A stretch of DNA of 64,000 bases, taken from NCBI GenBank assembly GCA_964016885.1, contig OZ024742.1:137516001-137580000 (forward strand), read 5' to 3'. The stretch comes from Eledone cirrhosa (lineage: Eukaryota). A program made the position numbers and the translations under genes. Shown in pieces: positions 44,094-55,918 of this stretch; within the stretch, counting starts at the first letter, position 1, and each line of letters starts with the position of its first letter. The notes below the pieces were generated by a model. That model searched no databases. It was given only the letters and a program-made list of their open reading frames with translations, and had not been told where the DNA came from.

Positions 44094-44622
44094 GTAGCAT
44101 TAAAGCCCGGCGTTGCTCGGGGTCAGTAAGTTACCAAAGTTAGGTTGCAGCACTTTTTTGTCTGCCAGGCACTGGGAGAATGAATTGCAGACCTGGACTG
44201 CCGAAGCAGGAGCTGCGCCAGCAGTGACAATTGTAGATTCGCCTATGGATATTATCTCTGTGCAAAGAAGTGTTGAAATTTATTGTTTCACAGTACTTGC
44301 GCAACACACGCGTAGACGATGCCAGCCGAACAACAGAGCTGCGATGGTGTTGTTCTACATGGTTGTTTAATGTGTGTTTTCTAAATTTAAGACAGTAGGG
44401 AGAGGTGAGATATGGGGGAGAGTTAGCTGCTGTTCCTAGCAGGTTTAGTGACCTCATAGAGGATATTATTGTGTATTAATAAACTGATACTTTTTTCTTC
44501 CACGTTCGTTGAGTGATTTTTTTAAAAAGATTTATCGCTATTGTTGTTGTTGTTGAATAAATGTATCTGTTGCTTTTGAATAATTGTTGTTTCGACTCAA
44601 AAACAAACGTTCTCTCACTCTC

Positions 44623-44708
<86 letters not shown>

Positions 44709-45039
44709 TCACTTCTGTCTTCGACGTTCCTAAAGGTAGTTTGTAAGTGTAAGCGTATATAAGAGAAAGTTGCAGCATGCATGTAGTTTTAACGAATTCT
44801 AATGGGAGTAGAGAGAGAAAATTAGATTGTATTATAGGGGGAAAGCGTCATGCATTTAGTTTTATCGATTATTTCCGTAATTGTGGGTGTGTTTGAAAGG
44901 ACTAAATAGTCGCTGATCTAAGATGGAGCATTTACAACATTCTTACAGACGTTGAGTCGAATCGGTTTGAAATTGTGCAAATGTATAAACATGGAACATG
45001 CTCACACACACACAACAACAATAATCTGCCTTTTATAGA
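44094..45039 (-). mobile_element. Non-autonomous Helitron-like element
   Basis: Minus strand starts A|TCTATAAAAGGCAG and ends cccgagcaacgccggg-ctttaatg-CTAC|T, one mismatch from CTAG. Internal (CT)n tract. Confidence 0.75.
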
Positions 45040-45043
45040 TAAT

Positions 45044-45145
45044 TGTTTCTACGTTAGGCACAATGCCAGCAATTACCCAGTGTATTACTGGTACTTTATT
45101 TTATCGACCCCGTAAGGATGAAAGGCAAAGTTAACCTCGGGGGGA
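45044..45145 (-). mobile_element. 5'-truncated SINE (ATT-target family)
   Basis: Flanked by duplicated ttttatagataat (45031-45043 and 45146-45158). Confidence 0.85.
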
Positions 45146-45157
45146 TTTTATAGATAA

Positions 45158-45205
<48 letters not shown>

Positions 45206-45257
45206 TTTCTGAATTTGTTTAGCAAGGTTCTTTATCGGAAAACGTGTGTTGAAACCG

Positions 45258-45682
45258 ATATTGTTATACTTTGGGAGAGTCATGTTGCCCATAAGAATCA
45301 CACGCACCAGATGATTTCACTCCAATTTATTATAAATTAAATTATAAATTCAAAAAAATATTTATAAATTTCCGGTTGGTTGCTTCCACAACCGAACGGT
45401 TGTTCATATATTGTCAAAGTTCTTTCGTCACACATACTGTGACATCTTCAGTGACTGGGGATTATTTTCTTTATTTTGTGCCTCTCCTTTGTTCTGTCGA
45501 AAAGAACTTTGAGTGACGAAAGAACTTTGACAATATATGAACAATCGTCCGGTTGTGGAACCAACCAACCAACAGGAAATTTATAAAAAACATTTTAAAT
45601 TTATAAACTAATTTATAATAAATTGGAGAGAAAGCAGCTGGTGCGTGTGATTCTTATTGGCAACATGACCCTCCCAAAGTAT

Positions 45683-45690
<8 letters not shown>
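45258..45690. mobile_element. Fold-back element with hammerhead motif
   Basis: Inverted arms at about 45258-45431 and 45513-45690. The terminus tattgttatactt(t/g)ggga is shared with 52497. Confidence 0.75.
45413..45455 (-). ncRNA. Minimal type I hammerhead ribozyme motif
   Basis: Minus strand reads gtca-CTGAAGA-t[gtcac agtatgt gtgac]-GAAA-gaac-TT-tgac. Confidence 0.65.
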
Positions 45691-45756
<66 letters not shown>

Positions 45757-45759
<3 letters not shown>

Positions 45760-45945
45760 AAAATGTGTATCCCCGACGGCAGAGCTCAAGCCGTTTCGAC
45801 GGCTATTTCTGGAAATAGCCGTCGAAACAGCTTGAGCTCTGTCGTCGGGGTTAAACATTTTCCTATTACCAACTCTACTAACCTAAGTAGTAAGTACTCT
45901 GGTGCATTATGGTCCATCTGGTTCCTTATCACACCTCCTTCGTCA
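45757..45945. mobile_element. Asymmetric fold-back repeat (gacggctatttc family)
   Basis: Same family as 7958-8153 in opposite orientation, (TA)n flanked. Confidence 0.75.
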
Positions 45946-46174
45946 TATATATATATATATATGTATTGAAGTTTCCGTTGAAAACAGAAAAAGTCATAGG
46001 AGTGAAGAGTGCTCTATGTAAGTACGAGAGCAAAATTTAATGTATAAAAAAACAACAATACAATATAATTACCTCATTACCAGAGGTTTCCCGAATAAGG
46101 CGAATACGAAAGAAACGTCTTCATTCTTTCGTCGGACGAGGCATACATTATATATATATATATATATATATATA

Positions 46175-46368
46175 TAGGAAAAAGTATGACCCCGACGGCA
46201 GAGCTCAAGCCGTTTCGACGGCTATTTCTGGACTGAAATAGCCGTCGATACGGCTTGAGCTCTGACGTCAGGGTCATACTTTTTCCTATTCTCACTCTTC
46301 TACCCTAAGTATTGAGTACTCTGGTGCGTTATGGTCCATCTGGTGCCTTACCACAATTCCTTTGTTAT
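46175..46368. mobile_element. Asymmetric fold-back repeat (gacggctatttc family)
   Basis: Same family as 7958-8153 and 45757-45945. Confidence 0.75.
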
Positions 46369-46798
46369 ATATATATATACATAACGAAGGAGGGGTGATA
46401 AGGAACCAGATGGACCATATATATATTTATATATATATATATACGTGTGTATAATGGTAGCTATGGTGCTTCCATAGGCGGTATGCCAAAATTAGCACTC
46501 AATATTCATACAGAGCAGAGTGTGGATAGTGTAAAAAAACGAAAAATCAGTGATGCTTCTGGACTCAGTTTATTGCGTGTTACAATTGTTTAGCCGGGAG
46601 GTAGTTCGAGACATGATCACTGTATGGATCTGGCTGATTCTACGGCTGCAGGTTCCTTCGGACACGGGCAGTTCGTTCGGAGCAAATTTTCTCACTGGGG
46701 TGTTATCGTCAAAAAACACCTTAAAAAAACATCTTCCACACTTGTCATGCCATCTATATATATATCTTCCACTCATTATATATATATATCTTCCACTC

Positions 46799-46875
<77 letters not shown>

Positions 46876-47829
46876 CTAAGTTTTTTAAATTATATTATTT
46901 TTCACGCATAAACACATTATGTTAAGGACTAGTCTTGTTAATAGACCTGTGTTTAGGCTGCTGGAAAACTCTTCATTTCGAAAAATCATAATGATCTGCA
47001 ATTTTTTCAAATATAGCGGCTGAAAGATAAATTCGTCATGATGTTAATAAATTTTCTCGCAGGTAACATACCCCGAAAGAAATATCAAATGTCAATTTAA
47101 AGTATCCTAAACTTCTAGACAATGAAACGACTGTAGTGGACGTGAAATTAATGAGCCATGAATTTGTAATATGATAACGTAACGATTCGGCTATTTCGTT
47201 TCTCTCCCTTTGATGTCATCGGTGATCCTGAATGAGATGGAATCAGAAATTTAGAAATGTCTAAGATCACTCAGGTGTTTTGATAGTAATTCCATTCAAG
47301 GCCTATTTGCTCATCCAACTGTTTATTTTTAAAAGTGGAAATATTCGTGCATGGAAAGTAATCATAATCATATAGTATTCAGAGAGAGTGGAATGTTTAT
47401 TTTCTCTCCGCGTGGTTTCTAATGTTGCTTAGCCGTGAAAGAGCTGCCGAGATAAATTGAGTTTGATAATGATTGTATAAAGAGACTCTGCTGAACTACT
47501 ACACACCAAATAGAAGAAGATAAAGAGTAGCAGAATAGGCAAAAGTGAAGAAGTAGTTGCACTAACACATTCTCTTTTTCTTCTTCTTCTCTTCCTCTTT
47601 CTTCTTGTTCTTCTTCTTACCCCCATCCCCTGCCTCCTCCTCCTCCTCCTCCTCCTCCTTCTCCTCCTCCTCCTCCTCCTCCTCCTCCTACTACTACTAC
47701 TACTACTACTCATTTTCCCCCTCTCATCCTCTAGCTCCACGTCTAACCCCCCCCCACACCGCCATCGCCATTAAATCGACATCATTTTAGTCCTTTATCG
47801 TGTTCATGTGGATGAAGAAAATGTCTGCG

Positions 47830-49100
47830 TCAACATCACCACAGCCACCACCACATCCACATCCACCACCACCACCACAACCACAGCCACCACCACAGCC
47901 ACAGCTACCACCACCACCACCACCATCACCATAACCACAACCACCACCATCAGCACAACCACAACCACCACCATCACCACAACCACAGCCACCACGACCA
48001 ACACCATCACCGCATACACAACCACCACCATCACAACAACCACAGCCACCACCACCACTATCACCACAACCACAGACACCACCATCACCACAACCACAGC
48101 CACCACCACAACCACAGCCACCACCACCACCATCACCACAATCACCACCACCACCACCACCACCACCACTACAACCACCACCACCTCCACCACAACCACA
48201 GCCACCACCAAAATCACAGCCACCACCACGACGACAACCACAGCCACGACGACCACCAACAAGACAGCCACCACCGCCACCACCACAACCACCACCTCAA
48301 CCACAGCCACCACCACAACCACAGCCACCACGACCACCATAACCACTGCCACCACCACAACCACAGCCACCACCATCACCACAACCACAGCCACCACCAC
48401 CACAGCCACCACCACCATCACCACAACCACCACCATCGCCATCACCACGACCACAGCCGCCACCACCACCACAACCACAGCCACCACCATCACCACAACC
48501 ACCACCACCACCAACACAACCACAGCCACAACCATCACCACAACCACAGCCACCACCATCACCACAGACACCACCACCATCACCACCACCACCACCATCA
48601 CCACGACAACAGCCACCACCACCACCACAACCACAGCCACCACCACCACCACTACCACAGTCACCACCACCACTACAACCATAGCCATCAGCACCACCAC
48701 CACCACATCCACCACCAAGACCACAACCACAGCCACCACCAAAACCACATCCACCACAACCACCACAACCATAGCCACCACCACAACCACAACCACAGCC
48801 ACCACCACCACAACCACAGCCACCACCATCACCACAACCACAGTCACCACCACCACCACCACAGCCGCCACAACCACCGCCAACACAGCCACCACCATCA
48901 CTACAACCACAGGCACCACCACCATCACCACCACCACCACTACAACCACAGGCACCGCCACCATCACCACCACCACCACAACCACAGTCACCACCACCAC
49001 CACCAACAACACAGCCACCACTATCACCTCAACCACAGGCACCGCCACCACCACAACCACAACCACAGCCACAACCACAGCCACCACCACCACCACCATC
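47830..49100. repeat. Degenerate (ACC)n/accacagcc array
   Basis: Seen directly. It produces poly-Thr and poly-Val ORFs. Confidence 0.9.
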
Positions 49101-49124
49101 ATCATTCTCAGCATCATTATCATC

Positions 49125-49297
49125 GGCAGTATCGGTAGAGAGTCTGACGCCATGCTTTCCAGTATAGTTACGTCCCTTTACGGTCTGAGTTCAAATCCCG
49201 CGGAGGTTTACTTTGCCTTTCATCCTCATGGGGTCGATAAAATAAAGTACCAGTAATGCACTGGGATAATTGCTGGCCTTGTGCCAAAGTAGAAACA
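49125..49297 (+). mobile_element. tRNA-type SINE (ATT-target family)
   Basis: Flanked by TSD attatcatc (49116-49124 and 49298-49306). Confidence 0.9.
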
Positions 49298-49649
49298 ATT
49301 ATCATCCTTTTAATCACTATCTTTATTAACCCCCATTTCATCCCCATTTCACCATCACCACCATCATCATCGTTATCACCATCAACATCATTATCCTCAT
49401 ATTCAACATCATCGTTGTCGTCATCACGGTCATGATCAATATCCGCATTGTCATTGTCACCCTCTCATCGATATTATGGACATCGTCATAAGCTGTACAA
49501 TATGCACAACTGGCTATCTAGCTTTCGGAAATATCATCATGTGATGAGAATGATAAGGCGAATTAATCCTAATAAGAACCAACAAGTATGCTTTTTCCTT
49601 ATCTTGAAGTACTTGACAATTTATTCACATTAATATTATTGGCAACATT

Positions 49650-49900
49650 GTGGAGACATGGGCCTAGTGTTAAGATTGTTGAACTTACGATCATAATGTC
49701 GTGGGTTCGATACTTAGACTTGGTTGTGTGTTGCGTTCTTGAGCCAAACACTTCATTTCACGTTGCTCCTGTGCACTCAACTGATAATGAGTACCGGTAT
49801 TAATAGATGGGGATTTAAAGCTGCGATGGACAGGAGTCCTGTCTAGGAAGGAGTCTTGTACTCTCAGTCCCTTAAGGTCCAGGAAAAGGGATAATGAGCT
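49650..49900 (+). mobile_element. tRNA-derived SINE, second family
   Basis: A-box-like tgggcctagtgtt, B-box-like gggttcgatac, and a body shared with 25875-25965. Confidence 0.6.
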
Positions 49901-50446
49901 TCTGGGCTCGAGTCTGACTTTAGATGTTTAGAAAATGTAACTCAGTACAACTTGTTACTGGTTAGATAGTCAGTGACTAAACCCTGAACCCAGCACGTCT
50001 CCAAGATGGCGAGGGTGAGTTTGGACATCCTGTGGGATGAAAAACATAGGAACTCAGCTGAGTCAACCACTATTAAATAGTGTGCAAAAACACAATGTGT
50101 AGTCAGAGCTCATTTACCATTGTTGGCAGACTATCTAGGAGAAAGATCACTCTGATTTCAAATCCGGGGAAGGTTTGAGTCCTTTGTCATATCAGTGACA
50201 ACCTTTCAATTGGCGAACGGTTTATCCTCGTGGGAAGAGCTGCGGCCTTGTAGCTAGATTCTGAGTAATGGTGGGATGAGGAATCGGGACCCACCTAGTT
50301 TAAATTTTCCTGATAACCCTGTAACCTTTATATCTTCGTATTATAGCTTGAATTTCAAACACCTCAAAAGTAGTATCCGTATAGTAATCAACCCCATAAA
50401 TTTAACCCAACAAATGATCTAAACATCTACTTTTACTCCAGTATAA

Positions 50447-50536
<90 letters not shown>

Positions 50537-50601
50537 GAGAGAGAGAAACAAAAAAGGAAAATAATATTTTTTCTTCCTCATAATCGTCTCTTTCTCCATG
50601 T

Positions 50602-50639
<38 letters not shown>

Positions 50640-51302
50640 ACATGGAGACAGAGACTATTATGAGGAAGAAAATATATTTTTTTCCTTTTTTGTTTCTCTC
50701 TCTCTTTTCTGGGTTAGAAAATGATTAAAACGAAATGTTTCAGTTTGTGTGAAGTGTTAAGGTATTAGTTGATTTATTTATTATTTAACAATGGCATTTA
50801 TTTATCTATTTATGTATTTAATTATTGTCTATTACCGGTTTCAGCATTTATATGCATTATCAAATGATAGTGAAATGTATTAGTGTGGTGTCGCACATGT
50901 TAAACAGAAGATGCAGAAAGAAGAATGTTATATACAAACAAGGTTTAAGAAGTGAAAAGAAAAAAGAAAAAGGAAAAAAAAAAACGTGCATAATATGGAA
51001 CGTAAAAAGTCAATGTGGAAGAAAAAATAATGTTATTTACAAGCACAGTCATTGAAGTTAAGCAGTTTAAAATGTGTTAATATCGCAAGAGTGCTTAGTT
51101 GAAACATGGTTCCGTGAAGAAGGCAAATGGTAGACTGTGGTTTGATATGATTTCCCTTTTTAGAGAGTTAATATACAGGGTGAAGCAATTCTTGCTGAGT
51201 GATATTTAATTTATTTAAGAAAAAGGTTTAGGTAGGGTGTGAGGGAGGTAACTCTTGTAAATGTTTGATGGTTTGTTGCAGTTTTAGATTGGTCCGATTT
51301 TT

Positions 51303-51432
51303 AGGGCATTGAGTAGTGGTTGAAATTTATTAATGAAATGTGTTTCCTTATTGGTACGTTGGATAAAAGAAGCGTTGTCTATGAATTTGTAAATGGGGAA
51401 ATTTTAAAGTTTGGATGTTGGTTGAGAGCACA
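51303..51432 (-). pseudogene. C-terminal remnant of a Penelope-type GIY-YIG domain
   Basis: Minus strand reads CALNQHPNFKI/..IQRTNKETHFINKFQPLLN, paralleling CASNKTPKFQV..IRINKENMFIQKYRPALN at 20.9 kb. One frameshift. Confidence 0.6.
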
Positions 51433-51529
51433 ATTTGATAGATATATATTTATCCTTATAATCGAGCCCTCTTTGGATTTTAGTCGTCAAATTTATTATT
51501 ATTACTATATATATATATATATATTTATA

Positions 51530-51692
51530 TAACGAAGGAGGTGTGGTAAGGAACCAGAGTACTCAATACTTAGGGTAGTAGAGTAGGAAATAGGAGAAAG
51601 TTTAACCCCGACGGCAGAGCTCAGGCCATTTAGACTGTTAGAAATACCCGTCGAAACGGCTTGAGCTATGCCGTCGGGGTTTAACTTTTTCT

Positions 51693-51696
<4 letters not shown>
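51530..51696. mobile_element. Asymmetric fold-back repeat (gacggctatttc family), diverged
   Basis: aacgaaggag..gtaaggaaccag tail plus ccccgacggcagagctc/gagctatgccgtcgggg arms. Confidence 0.7.
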
Positions 51697-51729
<33 letters not shown>

Positions 51730-51938
51730 GCGGGTTCCTGATGTATATCGACAGATGACCGCAGATTAAAATATTCTCAATACGCGAGTAGATTTTAAGC
51801 ATATCTGTATTTACTATAGAAATGGATCCTACACGATTGGAACTGTTTCATTCGTAAGAAATCATTAGGAAAGTCCTGATGATTTCTTACTAATGAAATA
51901 GTTCTAGTCGTAGAGAATTCATTCCTATTGTAAAATAA

Positions 51939-51993
<55 letters not shown>

Positions 51994-52034
51994 CGAAACA
52001 TAAGTCTATTTCATGAACTCATAATCCTTTATTT

Positions 52035-52090
52035 ACTGCTATATATATTTCGATGATAGCCATTGAATGGCTATGTCCTCATCAGGCAGT
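52035..52090 (-). ncRNA. Minimal type I hammerhead ribozyme
   Basis: Minus strand reads actgc-CTGATGA-ggac[atagcca ttcaa tggctat]catc-GAAA-tatata-TA-gcagt. Confidence 0.8.
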
Positions 52091-52222
52091 TAGTCAGTTC
52101 TTAGATATGCCAGCTCTGTGTTTATAGTGTTGATGGTATCAGAGCCTTGGGACATATGAGCTTGTTAGGAATAATTTAATGTTGTCAGTAGGAATAGAGC
52201 TGGCATATCTAAGAACTGACTA

Positions 52223-52278
52223 ACTGCCTGATGAGGTCATAGCCATTCAATGGCTATCATCGAAATATATATAGCAGT
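52223..52278 (+). ncRNA. Minimal type I hammerhead ribozyme
   Basis: actgc-CTGATGA-ggtc[atagcca ttcaa tggctat]catc-GAAA-tatata-TA-gcagt. Predicted cleavage after 52273. Confidence 0.8.
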
Positions 52279-52417
52279 AAATAAAAGATTATGAGTTCAT
52301 GCAATTGACTTATGTTTCGTCACTATTATAACTCCGGAACTTATAACTTCGTTGAGTGCTCCCTATCCGCATACTGAAGTACTGGATTTTACCAACACTT
52401 ACTTTCTTGCTTTCTTG

Positions 52418-52496
<79 letters not shown>

Positions 52497-52502
<6 letters not shown>

Positions 52503-52930
52503 ATACTTGGGGAATGTCATATTGTTATAATATTGCCAGAAGTAATAACAGAACACACTCACTGTTTAGTTTGGGTAGGTTTTCGCTTCTGTGTCTTTAC
52601 ATCTCCATAGTTAATTTATTTGGCAATCAATGTTTATCATTGATTGACCAACGGTTAAAAATACAGATATAAATATATATATATGTAGTCTATCAAAGTT
52701 CATTCGTCACACATCTGCAACATCACTAGTGGCACTATTATCTTTCCTCCCGCTGTGTTGCAAAGTCTACGCCATTTTAAAATTGGCGTAGACTTTACAA
52801 CACAGTATCTGTATTTTTAACCGTTGGAGAAGTTATAAAAGATACAGAAGCGAAAACCAACGCCAAACAAACAGTGAATGTGTTCTGTTATTATTTCTGG
52901 CAATATTATAACAATATGACCCTCCCCAAT
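52497..52930. mobile_element. Fold-back element related to 45258-45690
   Basis: Inverted arms at about 52510-52670 and 52806-52929. A decayed copy of the 45.4 kb hammerhead lies at about 52692-52733. Confidence 0.65.
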
Positions 52931-53826
52931 GTTGTAGGTTAAAATAAATCCCGGAAAACAATAAAACATTAAAAGGAAAGCAGAGTCATTATATAAGTTG
53001 AAACAATGAAATAAAAAATCAAGTCATTAGAAATATACTTCACTACTTTAAGATCGTTTCTAGGCGATTATAATACATCGTAACTATACTTCGATATCGA
53101 TCTATGTAAGGTTATTTACAAAATATCATAAAGATAAAGAGAATATTTACTTACATGCATATCACCAGCTGTTGTCAAAATATATATATGAAAAGATTAA
53201 GGACTCCGACGGTTGAGCTCCGGCCGTTTCGACAACTATGGAAACCGCCTGTACTCTACTACCCCAATTATCGAGTACTCTGGTGGTTTATGAACCATCT
53301 GTTTTTTACGACACCCTATCTGATATATATATATGTATATATACATATACATGTATATATATATATATATACATACATACATATATATATATAAACGGAA
53401 AAAATGAAACGAAATTTCATTTTCCACTCTTAGTACGGCTGTTACTTAAATATAAGTATGTACACGTACATACATATATGTATACAGACGTACAGTAGTA
53501 TGTATATATATATACATACATGCACATATATATATATGTACGTATGGATTCACCGAACATTTATTATAATGCTCGGTGTGTTTGTAAACAAACATCTCGT
53601 ATTAAGCCGTAGTGTCTAGCAACCATCGTGGCTCGTTTGTTCAACACTGACAAAGGAACGCTGTACTAGTTTCAAACTTATTAGCTATCATCAGCAACTT
53701 ATACCTTCCTGCCAGATTGTTTAACGTATATACTTACCTGATGCATATTAACGGCTGAGTAGCCCAATTTGCATATATAGTTAATACTTAAATTAATAAC
53801 ATGTATATAACACAATATAATAATAA

Positions 53827-54001
53827 TTGTTTCTACTTTAGGCACAAGGCCAGCAATCACACAGTACATTACTGGTACATTATTTTATCGACCCCATAAG
53901 GATAAAAGGCAAAGTTAACCTCGGCGGGATTTGAACTTAGACTGTAAAGGGACGTAACTATTCTAGAAAGCATGGCATCCAACCCTCTACCGATACTGCC
54001 A
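53827..54001 (-). mobile_element. tRNA-type SINE (ATT-target family)
   Basis: Reverse complement of the 33.1 and 49.1 kb SINE. Its 3' end abuts attatta. Confidence 0.9.
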
Positions 54002-55550
54002 AATAATAAAGTATATTTACATTTATAATTAAATATATAAAGTAATAGCATTGTATATAAGGGATTAATTTTTAAACAATAATCTTTAAACAATATTGTA
54101 TATTATTACACAAATGACATATAAACTGCTATACAATTTTCCATAACATATATCTTGTCCAGGAATGAATAGATAACAATCTAAAGGGACTTTTAATGTA
54201 TTATAATAAAATACACTGTATTCAAAATCAAGTATAAATGTATAGCATTATGTAATAGAGATTCAATTGTACCAAATTATAATGTGTTCTAGAGCAAATA
54301 TTTTGAATAACTTACTTTAATTAGCTAGTTATCTCCCCTTACGCATTAGCTCCCCTGACTCACTACCGGAAATTAACCGTTGGAAACCTACCTGTTGAAC
54401 AACTATAGTCCATGAATAAGAATACAATAAGAGTAATTTACAATCCATTGCTTTAACTAACTTAAAACATTCAATATAAACATTAACTAAAATATAATTC
54501 AACATATGTAATGGAAGAGACTGCATATACTTTGTTCTTCTCAATACACACAAATTCAAACACCATCAACATACTACGTCCACCATAGATTTTAATACAT
54601 TACATGTTTGCTTAAAATACAGTATTTATTTAACTCTATATGCATAATAAGTTTGCTTATTTCCTTCTCATATATATGACTAACGCATGTGCACTTTCTA
54701 CACGACTGCATATGTATTGCTAATGTACTCTTTCATTCTCAAAGCTCCTTTCTCAATGCCTCTTTAATTATTAGACTATTCTCTTGTATTATCTGTTGCA
54801 TGTATTCCACTCTGTGCTTTTAATTTGAATTTGAATTTGTGTACAATTCTCGTAAAATATATGTCACATCCATTCCACCCTGTAAATACGAAACTGTTGC
54901 TCACAACATCAATATATATGTATCTATATTATTGTTCAGTTGAATAGAAGGTTAATAACATGTACCAACATTGATAATGCTCCGATGACTTCAAATTAGA
55001 GTTTGGAAGAAACGATTGTCAGCTGTTAAATGATTTGAACACAACTTTGATAATTGTCTAATTTATTTAATTTATTTATATATATATATATATATATATT
55101 CGTGCGTATATGTGTTTATACACAACACACACATATCATATACAAAGTAGTGAAGTGCACAACATCTGCATAAATCAGTGTTTATACCCCCAAACAGAAC
55201 ACATAATTTGTAATATATTCAAACACCCAATTAACCAATGTTTGCTTTGTAGCGATTAACCAGTTAATTCTGAACGTCAATATATCCGCATCTTTTATTC
55301 CAATCCAAACACCGAAGGAAAAAATTGCTACTTAGTCAATCATCCAATCTAACAATTATTTCTATGTGAAGAATGAAACATAATCAGACATGAAATCGTT
55401 TTAGAAATCTATTTATTTCACATAGGTTATGTGAAATAAACTAAGGAATAGCTATCAGTTTTAAGGAGATAGTATAAACATTGAGCACACAGATAGAAAG
55501 GTGGCGAGACAGTGAGAAAAAAGAAAAAACAGAAAAAGGAAATACATAGA

Positions 55551-55589
<39 letters not shown>

Positions 55590-55880
55590 GAAAGTACTGA
55601 AAATATACAGAGAAAGGGGAAATGCATGTAAAGAAACGTTGTTAATGGTGTAGCTAGTAAAGATAGTGAACGTATATTCGTGGTGGGGAAGCAATATTTT
55701 AGAAAGCCATGTTATTTATATATATTGATTAAATGGTGTAATTCCTATCTATTACATAGACATTGATACAGCCACATTAATTAAATGATCTCCCTCAGGT
55801 GATCTCGATTGATACGCAGTGTCAGCAGTGTTGTTAGCATTCTCATGTTCACGATGACTAAAATTAATCATCAGCATCAC

Positions 55881-55916
<36 letters not shown>

Positions 55917-55918
<2 letters not shown>

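Noticed and set aside
47804-49256. 482-aa Thr-rich (mucin-like) ORF and antisense 449-aa Val-rich ORF
   Set aside because: Both arise from a stop-free ACC-type repeat, and the C-terminus runs into a SINE. There is no non-repetitive domain.
54740-55350. Exon-like minus-strand segments (IGALSML|GGMDVTYILRELY..) with ag/gt borders
   Set aside because: In-frame stops and no recognisable protein. Possibly a pseudogene, but unsupported.
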